Of a stretch of DNA of 64,000 nt, positions 1 to 12,300 are shown one piece after another. This DNA is from an uncultured Candidatus Poseidoniales archaeon (GTDB lineage: Archaea; Thermoplasmatota; Poseidoniia; Poseidoniales; Thalassarchaeaceae): NCBI GenBank assembly GCA_902593945.1, contig CACJKA010000005.1, positions 16,643 to 80,642 on the forward strand. Direction: 5' to 3'. The notes below the pieces were generated by a model. That model saw only the letters and a program-made list of their open reading frames with translations, was not told where the DNA came from and made no database searches. Every line of letters starts with the position of its first letter. Position 1 is the stretch's first letter. Position numbers and translations under genes: made by a program.

Positions 1-2119
1 GACCGATTAACATAGGCAATCCCATGAGGGTCATACCAATAGTATAAATTCCATCTTTGTTGCCGTCATTTTTGAAGAATAGAACTCCTGCAGCTAGGCA
101 GTATATTATCATCAAAATCTCATCAAGTCCAAACTGCCATTGTACTATTAGATACCCAATCGCTAGGGTTGTTAGCATCACAGTAGAATTTCCAATTCTC
201 TTCTTTTTCAATTCAGAAATTAAGTGTAGTGAAGTGATTATACCTAGAATAATCAATATAGTGACGGCAGTAAAACCTCCGAAATTAGCCATGAATGTTA
301 TAGTGATTAATGGCAACCATAATCCAATACTCCATAATTGTAGTAATCCCGAATCTCTAATTGATGCAGAAATTTCAGTCACTCCAAGAAATTTCGATGC
401 TAGATTTACATCATTTTCACCTAATCTATAATTTACAATAATCATCAATAAAGATGAAACCGAAAAATAACCTAAAAGTGGAATCGGCTCTAGATGAATA
501 ATTGAACCGGGATCAGCATTACCATTCGCTACAATCAAGGTTCTAATCGCTTCTTCCATAATTTCTTCTATCATTACCCATGCCCATGGTAGAATTACAG
601 TAACTCCTCCTAAAGAGGGAGAACTTCTTTTTATTGCAAGATACCCTGTCCCAATATGAACTAAAGAAAGCCCAACTAATAGTAATGACCCCCCATCCCC
701 TGCAACGCAATTAGAAAGACAGAATGTGTTTTCCGAGGTCTGATTTGCTGGAATCATTATCACTAGTAATATGAGTATTCCAATAGATCCTGTCCATAGC
801 ACTCTATCTGTGACTGAGTGTTGGTCTCTGATCATTAGAAATCCAGTTACAAATACTCCTATTACTGCAAATACCTCATAAGAATCAAATGTTAGTAAAT
901 TTTCTGTTTCATTGATTACTAAGAAGATAGTCATTAATATAGATGAAATTAATAATGGTATCGAAACTCTTCGAGCATCTATTCCTCGTACAACAAGATA
1001 AGATCCTCCGAAAGAGGAAGCCAAAATTGAAATCAATCCTAATGCATATCCAACATCCTGTCGATTAGCACCCACGGCCATCAAAGCTCCAATCATCCCC
1101 AAGGATACTGAAACGCCCCATAAACCCGGTTCACCTAATCCTAATGCTTTGAATGCCTTTGAAAACCAGTTCTCATCTTTAGCAAATATTGCCGCCATAC
1201 TAGCATTAATCCCAGAAATAACGATAATTAAAACAAATAATAGTAGTGGTTCATCAAGTGGCAGTATTCTCATTGACCCTATACTAAATCCTTCAGTAAG
1301 TGCATGCATTCCAATCCACAGATTAGTTGATGCTATACCCAAAGCTGCCAAATTACCTGATTTTCTATGCAAAGCTAAACCGTGTACCAATATAGTTGCA
1401 ATTAATATCATCACTGCAATTCCAATTTCTCCAAAACTGAATCCTGTTGCGGAACCTATTGCTAGCAAAATCAGTGTTGATTGTGCAGCTATTGCATCAT
1501 GATTATGTCGGTAAGAAAGATATACATTGAATCCTACAAAAACTAGCAATAGTCCACCAAGAATTTCTACAGATATAATATTCCATCTTTGTAATTCTAT
1601 CGCTAAGCCATACAATACTTTCATTGAAATTATCACCCAAGTTATTCCCAATAAATGAAGATTCTTTTTAGGTATCCAAATTTCTCCTAGAATAAATCCC
1701 ATTACTGCTAAAAATATCAAAAGAATCGTTGCAAATAATGGTTCTAAAGCAATTCCTGCAACGATACTAACTCCAGAAAATAATAGAATCATTGATGCCA
1801 TTAGTATCCAATTAACTTTCCTTTCTCCGTCCTGGGCTAAGTTGGTTGTCAAATCTACTTCGGGTCTATTAATTACAGTACCATCCTTCTGAATATATCC
1901 TGGTGAGTTTTCATCTTCCTGTGCGAATGGATCAAAGATATCACCTAAAGCCTCATCAATTTGTTTAGTATCTTTTTCTTTTTCTATTTCTGGCGTGTCA
2001 CTAGGAATTAATATATCTGCTAATTCAATAGAATCACTGATCTTAAATGCTCGTTTTCGAATAAGTTCATCATCCGAATCTTCGGTGCTCACAGTATCTC
2101 TGAAAGGTATTGATGACAT
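1..2119 (-). CDS. Large polytopic membrane protein of unknown function; 3' end runs off the window
   Basis: Not in the ORF track because it is truncated. ATG at 2119 is preceded by GGGGATG-N5. Reads MSSIPFRDTVSTEDSDDELIRKRAF..., an acidic N-terminus followed by many hydrophobic helices (KVNWILMASMILLFSGVSIVAGIAL, LLGITWVIISMKVLYGLAI, HDAIAAQSTLILLAIG). Confidence 0.8.
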   Translation of the reverse strand, partial: MSSIPFRDTVSTEDSDDELIRKRAFKISDSIELADILIPSDTPEIEKEKDTKQIDEALGDIFDPFAQEDENSPGYIQKDGTVINRPEVDLTTNLAQDGERKVNWILMASMILLFSGVSIVAGIALEPLFATILLIFLAVMGFILGEIWIPKKNLHLLGITWVIISMKVLYGLAIELQRWNIISVEILGGLLLVFVGFNVYLSYRHNHDAIAAQSTLILLAIGSATGFSFGEIGIAVMILIATILVHGLALHRKSGNLAALGIASTNLWIGMHALTEGFSIGSMRILPLDEPLLLFVLIIVISGINASMAAIFAKDENWFSKAFKALGLGEPGLWGVSVSLGMIGALMAVGANRQDVGYALGLISILASSFGGSYLVVRGIDARRVSIPLLISSILMTIFLVINETENLLTFDSYEVFAVIGVFVTGFLMIRDQHSVTDRVLWTGSIGILILLVIMIPANQTSENTFCLSNCVAGDGGSLLLVGLSLVHIGTGYLAIKRSSPSLGGVTVILPWAWVMIEEIMEEAIRTLIVANGNADPGSIIHLEPIPLLGYFSVSSLLMIIVNYRLGENDVNLASKFLGVTEISASIRDSGLLQLWSIGLWLPLITITFMANFGGFTAVTILIILGIITSLHLISELKKKRIGNSTVMLTTLAIGYLIVQWQFGLDEILMIIYCLAAGVLFFKNDGNKDGIYTIGMTLMGLPMLIG

Positions 2120-2209
2120 AATCTCATCCCCTTTTTTCATTAAGTCTAAGATATATATTCATTATATCTCTATGTAATGATTGAAAAGTGATTCATATTG
2201 TCAGTGTCC

Positions 2210-3826
2210 ATGGAGACGTCGTCGAAAGGCACTGGCCCATCAGAATTTGCAACCTCATTAGCGAGTCACGGACTAGACCCCAAAGGTGCAGTACACTGGA
2301 ATCTCGGTTGGGAAGAGCTTCATGAAATTGCAGTTAAGAGAGGCGAGGCAACTCTGACTTCTCATGGAGTTCTTCTGGCGACAACCGGAGAGAGAACTGG
2401 TCGTTCACCTAATGACAGATTTATTGTTGAAGAGTCAGGACTTGCAGATGATGTTTGGTGGGGTGAGGTGAATAAATCAACATCTCCAGAAGTGTTCGAT
2501 AATTTACTATCCAAGGTACAAAATCATCTGGATAATAGAGATGTATTATTTGTCAAAGATGCTCATTGTGGTGCTGATTCAAAGTACTCAATGCCAGTTC
2601 GATTAATTACCGAAAAAGCATGGCATGCATCCTTCTTTCACAACATGTTTGTCCGAAGTGAACCAAATAAATTGGTAAATCATAAGCCAGAATATACTAT
2701 CCTACATGCGCCAGAATTATTAGCAGAACCTAAAGAAGATGGTACAAATTCAGGTGTTTTTGTAATCTTGGCATTGGACAGAGGGCTTGTTATAATCGGA
2801 GGTACGCATTATGCAGGTGAAATTAAGAAAGCAATTTTTACAATTATGAATCATATTTTGCCCGCTAAAGGTTTACTTCCGATGCACTGTTCAGCTAATA
2901 CTGATTATAAAAATTCAGCATTATTCTTTGGGCTATCGGGCACTGGTAAGACAACACTTTCCGCAGATCCAGCACGAGCACTAATTGGAGATGACGAACA
3001 CGGTTGGTCTGATGATGGGGTATTCAATTTTGAAGGTGGTTGTTATGCTAAATTGATAGGGCTTTCAAAGGAAGACGAACCAGCAATTTTCGCTACTACT
3101 AGAATGCCGGGTTCAGTCTTAGAAAACGTGATACTAGATGCCAATGGAGTGCCTGATTTTGAAGACGCGACCCTCACTCAAAATACTCGAGGATCTTACC
3201 CAATTGAATCAATTGAAAATCGTACTCCTGATTCAATGGCGGGCCACCCTAAAGATGTAGTATTCCTAACTTGTGATGCATTCGGTGTTTTACCTCCGCT
3301 TTCTAGATTAACTCCTGAACAAGCGGCTTATCATTTCATATCTGGATACACTGCTAAAGTAGCAGGTACAGAAATAGGTATTACTGAGCCTCAGGCAACA
3401 TTCTCAACATGTTTTGGTGCTCCATTTATGCCAAGACACCCTAGTGTTTATGCCGATTTACTTTCAACTAAGATACGTGATCATAATGCTAATTGTTGGT
3501 TAATTAACACAGGATGGGTTGCAGGGGGTTATGGCGATTCGAGCCGCATTCGGATTAAATGGACGAGGGCACTACTTAATGCGGCTTTAGACGGCTCACT
3601 TGATGATGTTATATTTGTAGAAGATGAAAGATTTGGTTTCAATATCCCGACTTCTTGTGAAGGAGTGCCGGATGAGATTCTTCAACCTAGACAAACTTGG
3701 CCAGACAAGAAAAGATTTGATAATGTTGCAAATCTACTTGCTCAGATGTTTATCGAAAATTTCGAACAATATTCTGAGGGTTGTAGTGAAGCAGTGTTAT
3801 CTGCTTCTCCTAAAGTCTTAGATTAA
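2210..3826 (+). CDS. pckA: Phosphoenolpyruvate carboxykinase (ATP)
   Basis: Motifs TGRSPNDRF, YAGEIKK, LFFGLSGTGKTTLSAD, IGDDEHGW, NFEGGCYAK. Start placed at ATG 2210; the track starts at TTG 2198. Confidence 0.97.
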   Translation: METSSKGTGPSEFATSLASHGLDPKGAVHWNLGWEELHEIAVKRGEATLTSHGVLLATTGERTGRSPNDRFIVEESGLADDVWWGEVNKSTSPEVFDNLLSKVQNHLDNRDVLFVKDAHCGADSKYSMPVRLITEKAWHASFFHNMFVRSEPNKLVNHKPEYTILHAPELLAEPKEDGTNSGVFVILALDRGLVIIGGTHYAGEIKKAIFTIMNHILPAKGLLPMHCSANTDYKNSALFFGLSGTGKTTLSADPARALIGDDEHGWSDDGVFNFEGGCYAKLIGLSKEDEPAIFATTRMPGSVLENVILDANGVPDFEDATLTQNTRGSYPIESIENRTPDSMAGHPKDVVFLTCDAFGVLPPLSRLTPEQAAYHFISGYTAKVAGTEIGITEPQATFSTCFGAPFMPRHPSVYADLLSTKIRDHNANCWLINTGWVAGGYGDSSRIRIKWTRALLNAALDGSLDDVIFVEDERFGFNIPTSCEGVPDEILQPRQTWPDKKRFDNVANLLAQMFIENFEQYSEGCSEAVLSASPKVLD

Positions 3827-3834
3827 CGATAAGA

Positions 3835-6117
3835 TTACAATTTTTGTGTTGCATGTCTTTGAGCATCAACTGCACAAATAGCAGCCATATGAACAACTTC
3901 TCTTACGCTATCATCTCTTTGAAGAACGTGTGCGGGCTTAGCTAATCCTTCAAGAATAGGGCCGGTCATTTCCGCGCCAGCAACTCTTTGTAGCAACTTG
4001 TATGCAATATTTGCAGAAGCTAAATTGGGGCATATTAAGACATTTGCTGGACCTTCAAATTCCATGAATGGATAATTTTCTTGGATATCTTCAATTAGAG
4101 CAGTATCTGCTTGCATAGGCCCATCAATTACAATCCCTGGGTCTAATTCTCTAGCCATCTCTATTGCTTCTTCAATACGATCGGTTCTCATTTCACCGCT
4201 GGTACCAAAGTTTGAGAAAGATAGCATTGCAACTTTTGGTTTAACTCCAAATCTTCTTGCAACTTTCGCAGTCTGAACTGCAATCTCAGCTAGGGTCCTA
4301 GAGTCCGGATAGATATTTATTGTTGCATCTCCGATGAACATTAACTGGCCGTTCACAGTCATCATGTACATCCCTACTATACGGTGAGTATCTATTGCTG
4401 GACCAATTGTTTGTAAGCATGGTTTCACGATATCTGGATAATTATGTGAAATTCCTCCAAGATATCCATCAGCATCACCCATGTGGACCATCATTGGTCC
4501 GAAATATGTAGTAGTCTTCAACAATCTGATTGCATCTTCCATAGTGAGTCCCTTCCTCCCTCTTAGTTTATGAAATTCCTTTGCATAATCTCCTCTTCTT
4601 CTTGGGTCATATCTTACATCTATGCTTTCACATTCAAATTCAAGACCTAGTTCTTCTTTTACAGCATTGATTCTTTTTGTGTGTCCTAATAATATGGGTT
4701 CACAGATATTTTCAGAAATACACTGAGCCGCTGCTTTGATTATTGTCGGGTGTTCTCCTTCAGCAAATACAATCCTCTTTTTATCTCTCCGTGCTCTATT
4801 GATCACACCCCTCATAATCGATCGAGTGAGCCCCAATCTGGCCTCTAACTCTTCACGATATTTTTCGATATTAAATTGATTTTTAGTTAGTTTGGATACA
4901 CCCTCATCAACAGCAGCCTGCGCAACTGCACTTGCTTCCCAGATCAGTACTCTCGCATCAAATGGTTTTGGAATAATGTAATCCGGACCAAATTGTATTT
5001 GCTCCCCTTCATAAGCTGCAGCAACGTCATCAGGAACAGCCTCTTTTGCTAGATTTGCAATAGCATGAGTTGCTGCCATTTTCATATTTTCAGTAATCTC
5101 TGTCGCCCTAACATCAAGAGCCCCCCGGAAAATGTATGGGAAACCCAATACATTGTTAATTTGATTAGGATAATCTGATCTTCCCGTAGCCACGATTGCG
5201 TCGCTTCTAACATCCAAGACATCATCTGGTAATATTTCTGGATCAGGATTTGCCAAAGCAAAAATTAGAGGTCTGCTGGCCATTGATTCAACCATCTTTT
5301 TACTAACAATTCCGCCTTTAGAGAGCCCTAAGAATACATCGCTATCTTTCATAGCAATTTCTAAATTTCCATCGTCGATTTCTCTTGCAAATTCGTCTTT
5401 ATATTCATTCAATTCACCATTTTTTGAACGCTTAATTGTCAAGATTCCTTTAGAATCAACCATTAGTAAATTTTTCTTTTTTACTCCTAAGCGGATATAG
5501 TGCCGAGCACAGGAAATAGCTGATGCTCCAGCCCCGGAAACAACTACTTTAATTTCTGAAATTTCTTTTTCTACAACTTCCAAACCATTCAATAGAGCAG
5601 CTCCAGAGATAATTGCAGTGCCATGTTGATCATCGTGCATTACGGGAATGTCCAACTCTTTGATCAATCTCTTCTCAATTTCAAAACATTCTGGAGCCTT
5701 AATGTCCTCTAGATTTATTCCTCCAAAAGTCGGTGAGATAGCCTTTACAGCTTCAACAAATTCATCGACATTTGTACGATCTATTTCAATATCAAAAACA
5801 TCGATATCGGCAAATGCCTTGAACAACAATCCTTTCCCTTCCATTACTGGTTTTCCGGCCAGTGCGCCGATATCACCAAGTCCTAATACTGCAGTCCCGT
5901 TACTAATAACTGCTACAAGATTTCCTTTAGATGTATAATTGAATGCAGCATCCGGATTCTTCTCGATTTCTTTGCATGGATAGGCTACGCCCGGAGAGTA
6001 TGCTAAGGACAGGTCTCTTTGTGTGCCATGAGGCTTCGTGGGGATCACTGTTATTTTCCCAGCAGGCTTGGAAGAATGGTATTCCAGCGCATCTTTTCGA
6101 AGTTGTTTATCTGTCAG
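3835..6117 (-). CDS. maeB: NADP-dependent malic enzyme with C-terminal phosphotransacetylase-like domain
   Basis: Motifs [41 protein letters not shown], and a C-terminal PTA domain ([22 protein letters not shown]). Homology extends upstream of the track start (6048) to a CTG at 6117. Confidence 0.95.
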   Translation of the reverse strand: MTDKQLRKDALEYHSSKPAGKITVIPTKPHGTQRDLSLAYSPGVAYPCKEIEKNPDAAFNYTSKGNLVAVISNGTAVLGLGDIGALAGKPVMEGKGLLFKAFADIDVFDIEIDRTNVDEFVEAVKAISPTFGGINLEDIKAPECFEIEKRLIKELDIPVMHDDQHGTAIISGAALLNGLEVVEKEISEIKVVVSGAGASAISCARHYIRLGVKKKNLLMVDSKGILTIKRSKNGELNEYKDEFAREIDDGNLEIAMKDSDVFLGLSKGGIVSKKMVESMASRPLIFALANPDPEILPDDVLDVRSDAIVATGRSDYPNQINNVLGFPYIFRGALDVRATEITENMKMAATHAIANLAKEAVPDDVAAAYEGEQIQFGPDYIIPKPFDARVLIWEASAVAQAAVDEGVSKLTKNQFNIEKYREELEARLGLTRSIMRGVINRARRDKKRIVFAEGEHPTIIKAAAQCISENICEPILLGHTKRINAVKEELGLEFECESIDVRYDPRRRGDYAKEFHKLRGRKGLTMEDAIRLLKTTTYFGPMMVHMGDADGYLGGISHNYPDIVKPCLQTIGPAIDTHRIVGMYMMTVNGQLMFIGDATINIYPDSRTLAEIAVQTAKVARRFGVKPKVAMLSFSNFGTSGEMRTDRIEEAIEMARELDPGIVIDGPMQADTALIEDIQENYPFMEFEGPANVLICPNLASANIAYKLLQRVAGAEMTGPILEGLAKPAHVLQRDDSVREVVHMAAICAVDAQRHATQKL

Positions 6118-6310
6118 GATTACATCCCCTGTGTTCTATCCGGCATATCTCTTACCTATGATGCTATCCGATATTAATGATTTATATTATCAGCCTTGAA
6201 TACAGCCTTTTTCAATATTTAAACAGATAATATGTCACCTATGGTGCTTGAGCATAAATGGCACATTCGCCCAATTCTTTGATAATGTATAAAACTACGC
6301 GACTGGATTA

Positions 6311-9300
6311 ATGCGTATAGTGTATGATTCGGTTTCTGGCCCCCAGAAGCGAATGGCAATGATTTTAGTGGCTTTAATGCTACTACTTCCTTGGGCATCA
6401 TTTGAGTCCCCTAATCTAGAACAAGATTCTGAAACTATGAACACAATTCCTGGTGCTTGGGGGGCTGGTGGAAGTAATGATACTGGCTGGATTGAATTAT
6501 CAGCAGAGGGAGCTAATCCATCCAATGGAACCTTTGCATACGGAGACTTATTTCTTGATTTTGCACCCGGTGCATTAATCGATAATATGACTTTTGAAGT
6601 TAAAGTAAATGGTTCAGATGGTTTGTGGGCATATGAACCACAGATAACTTTACTAGATAGTCAGACTCAGATTTTAGATTGGACCGATTTAGGAGGATTC
6701 GGCATACAAGACTCATTCACTGAGAATCAACCAGATGTCAATTCCAATGGTATTCTAGACGCTCGTTTACAACCAAATTCTGTGAGCGACACCAGCTGGC
6801 AATTACCTACTGGAATTTCAATAACCGACTTAGTTATGGAAGCGTTGCGCCCAGCAGATCCAAAGGTTTCTTTTTCATCTTTAGATATTGAGATATTTGA
6901 TAGTGCAGTAAATCCAGTTGATGGTAGATTATACATTCTATTAGGCGATGATTTACTGCATTTAGATGATCAAACATCTACTATTATTGTTGATATTGAA
7001 TCAGATGTTTATGGAAGAAGTCTTGCAATAGATGAGTTCGGCAATCGTTTGTTGATAGGAACTGCTAACGGGACAATATTACAACGCAGTCTATCCGATT
7101 CTTCCATTATGGAAACATATGTTTCTTCTAATAATCAGACAGTAGATGCCTTGACGGTTGATGATTATGGTACAATTTGGGCTGTCTCCGGTTGTAGTGT
7201 TTACTACATTAGCGAAGGTAGCTTAGAATCTTACTACTATTGCCCTGGGGGCGCTATTAAGACGGCTACAGACATAGTCCCTTATGGGAATGATTTGTAC
7301 ATATCTACATATCAGGGCCTTCATTTACTAGGTTTTTCTACATCCAGTGGAGTTAATGGGACGTCGGTTACTGTAGATAGCAATGTATTATGGAATACAA
7401 ACAATTTCTTGAGTTCAGATAGGATAAATGATTTGCAATTATTCGGTTCTCAATTATTGATTGCAACAGATAATGCAGGCATAGATCGTCGTAATTTAGT
7501 TTCTAATTCTTGGATGGCAACATGGTCAACAAATAATTGGCTTTCCTCTAATCAAGTGGTTGGATTCGGTCTTACTGAAGGGTGGTTATACATACTAGCC
7601 GCAAATACTATTCACACATATGATACAAATGCATTATTCTTTTCATCCCAGAGGCAATTAACTGTCTTCGATTTGAAAGAAAACGGTAATGAAATAATTT
7701 CCTGGCCAGGCCTTGGTAAGCAAAGAAGTCCAGATTCAGGACTGGTTTTGGTAGGCGATGGTTCTGGTGTTCTGGGACGTTTAGTCGGGGAAATAAATGA
7801 TGGAATAGAAACTCTTGTTAGTAGCCCTTCAACAAACCAAATGAATCAGGTTATATTTGTTGATGACAATGAAGAAGGAGAAATCTGGGTCTCTGGAGGC
7901 ACTATAATCGATAGATTTGATGAAGCTACCCAAACATGGCTTACTCCAATTGATATATCTGACTATGTAAGTAACCCTTTCGAAATAACAGCATTTGTTC
8001 AGGATTCAGACGGATGGGTCTGGGTTGCAACAATTAATTCTGGAATCCTGAGATTAGATAATACTGATGCTTCATACATGGGGACAGTTCAGGGCATTGC
8101 TTCCAATGCAGTAAGCTCTCTTTCTCATGATTCTTATACTGAAATTTTAGTAGTTGGTCATTATGAAGATGGTTTATCATTTGTTAATACATCTTCAATG
8201 ACGCTTTCAGATGTTATTACTGAACAAGATGGGTTAGATTCTAATTTTATTAATGATGTTGTAACTAGATATGGGGTTGCATATATTGCTACCCCTGATT
8301 CAGGAGTAATGAGAATTAACTTACAAGATTTTACAATTTTATCATCTTGGCAATCCCTTGGTGCCGATAACTTAGAAGCAGCCCCATTGGCTGTTGATGA
8401 TGATATAATTTATTTTGGACTAACTGGATTTGGAATCTTATTAATCGATAGACATACTAGTGAGATTATTGACATCTGGGATGCAGATGGAAGCAGTGGT
8501 TTGCCGGATAATGATGTTCTCTCTCTCCATCTAGATTACTATGGTGGCCTAATAGTTGGCATGGAGGTCCCTAATTCAGGAGGGACATCTAATCAAGCAA
8601 TGGCTAGATGGGATGGTTCTGATTGGGAATATTTTGAAACAGATGTTCCAGGAGGTAATAATGATCCATGGAAAATTAATGACATCAAGAGTGATGCCGA
8701 CGGAGTAGTTGCGGCGACAAATCGTGGAGTTTGTACTTGGACTGGTTGGACACTCATTCAAAGCAATATCTATGAGTGGGATGAATGTATTTCTCCAATG
8801 AATACTTCAGCACGATTCAGCGAGACCTTTTCAATAGAATTGGTGCCCTTAAGTAGCTCACTTTCAGAAAATTGTTGCACTCGGATCTTAGCAGGACATA
8901 ATGAAGGAGCATCACTGATAAATCGAGATGTAGGATTAGACGTAGTAGAAAGATGGACTGCAGGAGATGACACGCAAAGAGCTAGAGTAGTCAAAGTCCA
9001 AGATATATTGTATATTGGTTTTGAGAATACAGGTATAGGGCGATATAATCTCACCAGTCAAGAGTGGCTTCAAACGTGGGATGGAGACCAAGGATTCATC
9101 GATGATGATGATGTAACTGTACTAATTCCTGGACATGTTGAAGATACAATATGGGCGGGTGGAGACTTCGGTTTGACTCTTATTAATGTAGTAAATGAAA
9201 CTGTACTTATTGATTGGGATCGTGGTTCTAATTCTGGTGGACCTACGCTTTCCAACTCTGCACCACAAGATATAGTGATAATTGATGAAATACTCCACTA

Positions 9301-12300
9301 TTCAACTCAGAGGTCAACAGCCTGGTGGCAATCAAATGATCAGATTTGGAGGATTAATTTAACTTCTAATTCTAGTGAGTCCACAATTGACGTAGGGCAA
9401 GAACTAGGTTGGAATGGTAAAATTCACAGCATAGGTCAAGTATCCGAAGAACTTTGGATTGGAATTAGGCCAACTCAATATTGGAATGAGGGAGACGGGA
9501 CTATTGCTCGTTGGAATGTTACCAATGAAACTTGGGAAGCTCCTCTGGACACTATTGGTAGTGTTGAGAGAGTAAATGCTCAATTTCTTGGGGAATGTTT
9601 CCCGATTAATGTTTCATCTTGTGAGTTATGGATTGCATATGGAGATAACATCCTCCGTCGTTTTTCCGCTCAAACAATGACATTACTTGATGAATGGACC
9701 GATATCCCTGGGCCAATTAGAGGCATAGTGGAATATCAAGATGATTATTTATTTGCCAGCATGGATGGTATTTTACGATGGGAACCCGATAATGAAACAT
9801 GGTTAGATCCTTGGGTTGTTAACGATGGATTACCATCCGATGCAAATGATGAAGTGTATACTATGATAGTCGTTGGAGATGACCTATGGGCAGGAAGTTA
9901 CAGTAGTGGAGGCTGGAACACTAATTCAGAAATAATCCGTAAAAATGGCACTTCAGGTAACTGGACAACATGGGACTTGGGTAGTGCAGGAATTCCTAGT
10001 GGTTATACTGCGGACATTGAAGTATGTGACAACATTGTTCATATAGCCGTTGGTGCAGTTAATTGGTGGGGAAATCAAGGAGGAATTGCCCGTTATGATT
10101 TATCCGATCATGATTCTGATGGTATTACCGATGAGTGGATCACTTCTTTACTAACCTCTAATGGATTAGAAGATAACGACGCCCGAGCTCTTGCTTGTGA
10201 CGAAGCGAATCGAATAATGTATGTTGGATTTGACGAAGAAGGAGTCGGAATTGCCAGATATAATTATAATACAGATCAATTCTTAACAACTTTAACAAAT
10301 TCTGTCGATGGTATCTCAGAAGATAGAATATTCCCTGGCGGTATGCTACACGATGGAAATGTATTGTTAACTGCTCATCAATTTGATACTACTGGCGGAA
10401 TATCTAGGATCATTACTTCAGGAACATCTACTGTTAATGGACAGATACTCAGTCCAGGGATGGATGGTTGCTCAATAGTTAGAGCCCCTTCATCTAGCAC
10501 CCCTATCTATGCTATAGGGCGCTCCGGGCAAACTTCAGGAATCAATAGGGTAGATAGGTTAGATTCAACAGGTTTGATAGAAAGCGGCTTTGATGAATTA
10601 ACCGGATTGACAAGTGGTAAGATACTGAATATTATTTCAAACGAAACAAATGTATGGGCAACATCGAGTCTAGGCTGGAATTCATATTATGCATCATCTG
10701 TTTTACAAGGAGAGCTTGTTAACGACACCGTTAGATGGCAATATGGTTATTCATTTGATGGCGACATAATCAATGATATTTCTTTAGACGGAGATAACTT
10801 GTGGGTGACTACAGCTGGTAATGGTTTGTATAAAATTGATTTAATACAGCGAACATTAACCCCTACATCATCTGCTCTTCATTCACAAATGGATGGAATG
10901 TTCATCGAAGAAGATGGAACTATGTATGTAGGATTAATGGGCGAATCTGGAACTTCTGCAGGATACCAAGCGTTCAATACTAATACTGAAAATTGGGGTC
11001 AAGGAAGTTTAATCGCAGGATTGCCGAGCAATATTGTTCGAGATTTCCTCGAGGTAGATAATCATGTACTAATTGCAACCAGTGGAGGTATTGGTATGTA
11101 CAATCTTACAAAAGATGGTTGGGATTCGCCAATTACTTCTTACAATGGACTCCCATCTCCAGTAATTGAACATTTGATGTTGCTAGATAGTCCAATCCAA
11201 GGCAATGGTACAATTCTAGCAGGCGGATTAGCAGGACTAACAGTTCTTGAAGCCGGAACTTATTCAATACAGAATACCATAGATTACTCTGATGGTTTAA
11301 TCGGTAATCGAGTCTCTGGAATGTTATTTGCAGATTCTGTAACTAGAGAAGTTACAGTGGGTAACTCTTCAATTATTCAACATCATAACGCATCTATATT
11401 CATTTCTCACAACGGACAAGGGGCAACACGACCTGGTGTAGCCGCTTGGGATATTGATACAGATTCCCAAAATGGAACATATCTCATAGATATGATACCA
11501 AGTAATAATGTTCTAAATCTAGCAGCAGATTCTTGGGGAGTCCATGTTGCTACAGATATTGCTCCAGTAGTACATTGGAATGGCACAATGGGGCAAATGG
11601 AAGCGGGTACAAATCCCTCTAATCTTCTATCTTGGCCACCTGTGAAGATGGTATCTAATGGCAATTATCTAGTTCTAATAGGATCTGGAGGAATTAATCT
11701 ATTAGATGTAGGAAATTCTCACTCAGTGGTTGCTTCAACTTCAGCATCAGGCTTCAACAATGCATTCATTGAATCAGATTCGTTGTTTGTAGCCGCTGAA
11801 GATGGCCTTCATGTTTGGAAAGGTAGTTTGATTGAACAGCCAAGAGAATATCAAAGAAGAGCAGAACCAATGTTTTCAGTTTTCGGAGGCAGGCAATGGG
11901 AGATAACTTCCACAACTCACCCAGGGATGTCTACGGCTCTTGTTAATTCTTCTGATCCTCTTTTTATTCCAAACGATTCCAATTCACTTCCTGGTGTTTT
12001 ACCTATGTACAATGGAGCTATGACTATCACAAGTCCAATTTCTTCATCTAATGTGTGGGCTCGCTCAGTATCATTGAATTATAGTGGTTCATGGGATTTG
12101 GCCGGAAGGAATCCTGCAATTGAGGCGGGATTCCAAAGTGCGATATCTAATGTTGGTCCCGGCTCTAATTCTGTACAACTGCATGTACAAATGCAATCTC
12201 CAATGAATGGAACAATTAGTGTTAGAATGACATATGATTGGGAAAGAATCGAAGTCCCCACTATTCTGACATCATTGAATAATCGTGCAAATGATGGCGG

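Noticed and set aside
57..1502. Plus-strand ORFs 57-431 and 1149-1502
   Set aside because: Antisense shadows of the truncated minus-strand membrane protein gene.
2210..6117. Convergent pckA and maeB, and other bacterial-type genes (ribD, pepC, rimK), as a recently acquired island
   Set aside because: Composition matches the flanks and no mobility signals are present; bacterial-type metabolic genes are expected in this archaeal group.
6165..6195. Possible dif or origin site in the maeB / giant-protein intergenic region
   Set aside because: Only a weak AT-rich dyad; no ORB repeats or cdc6 nearby; explained by divergent promoters.
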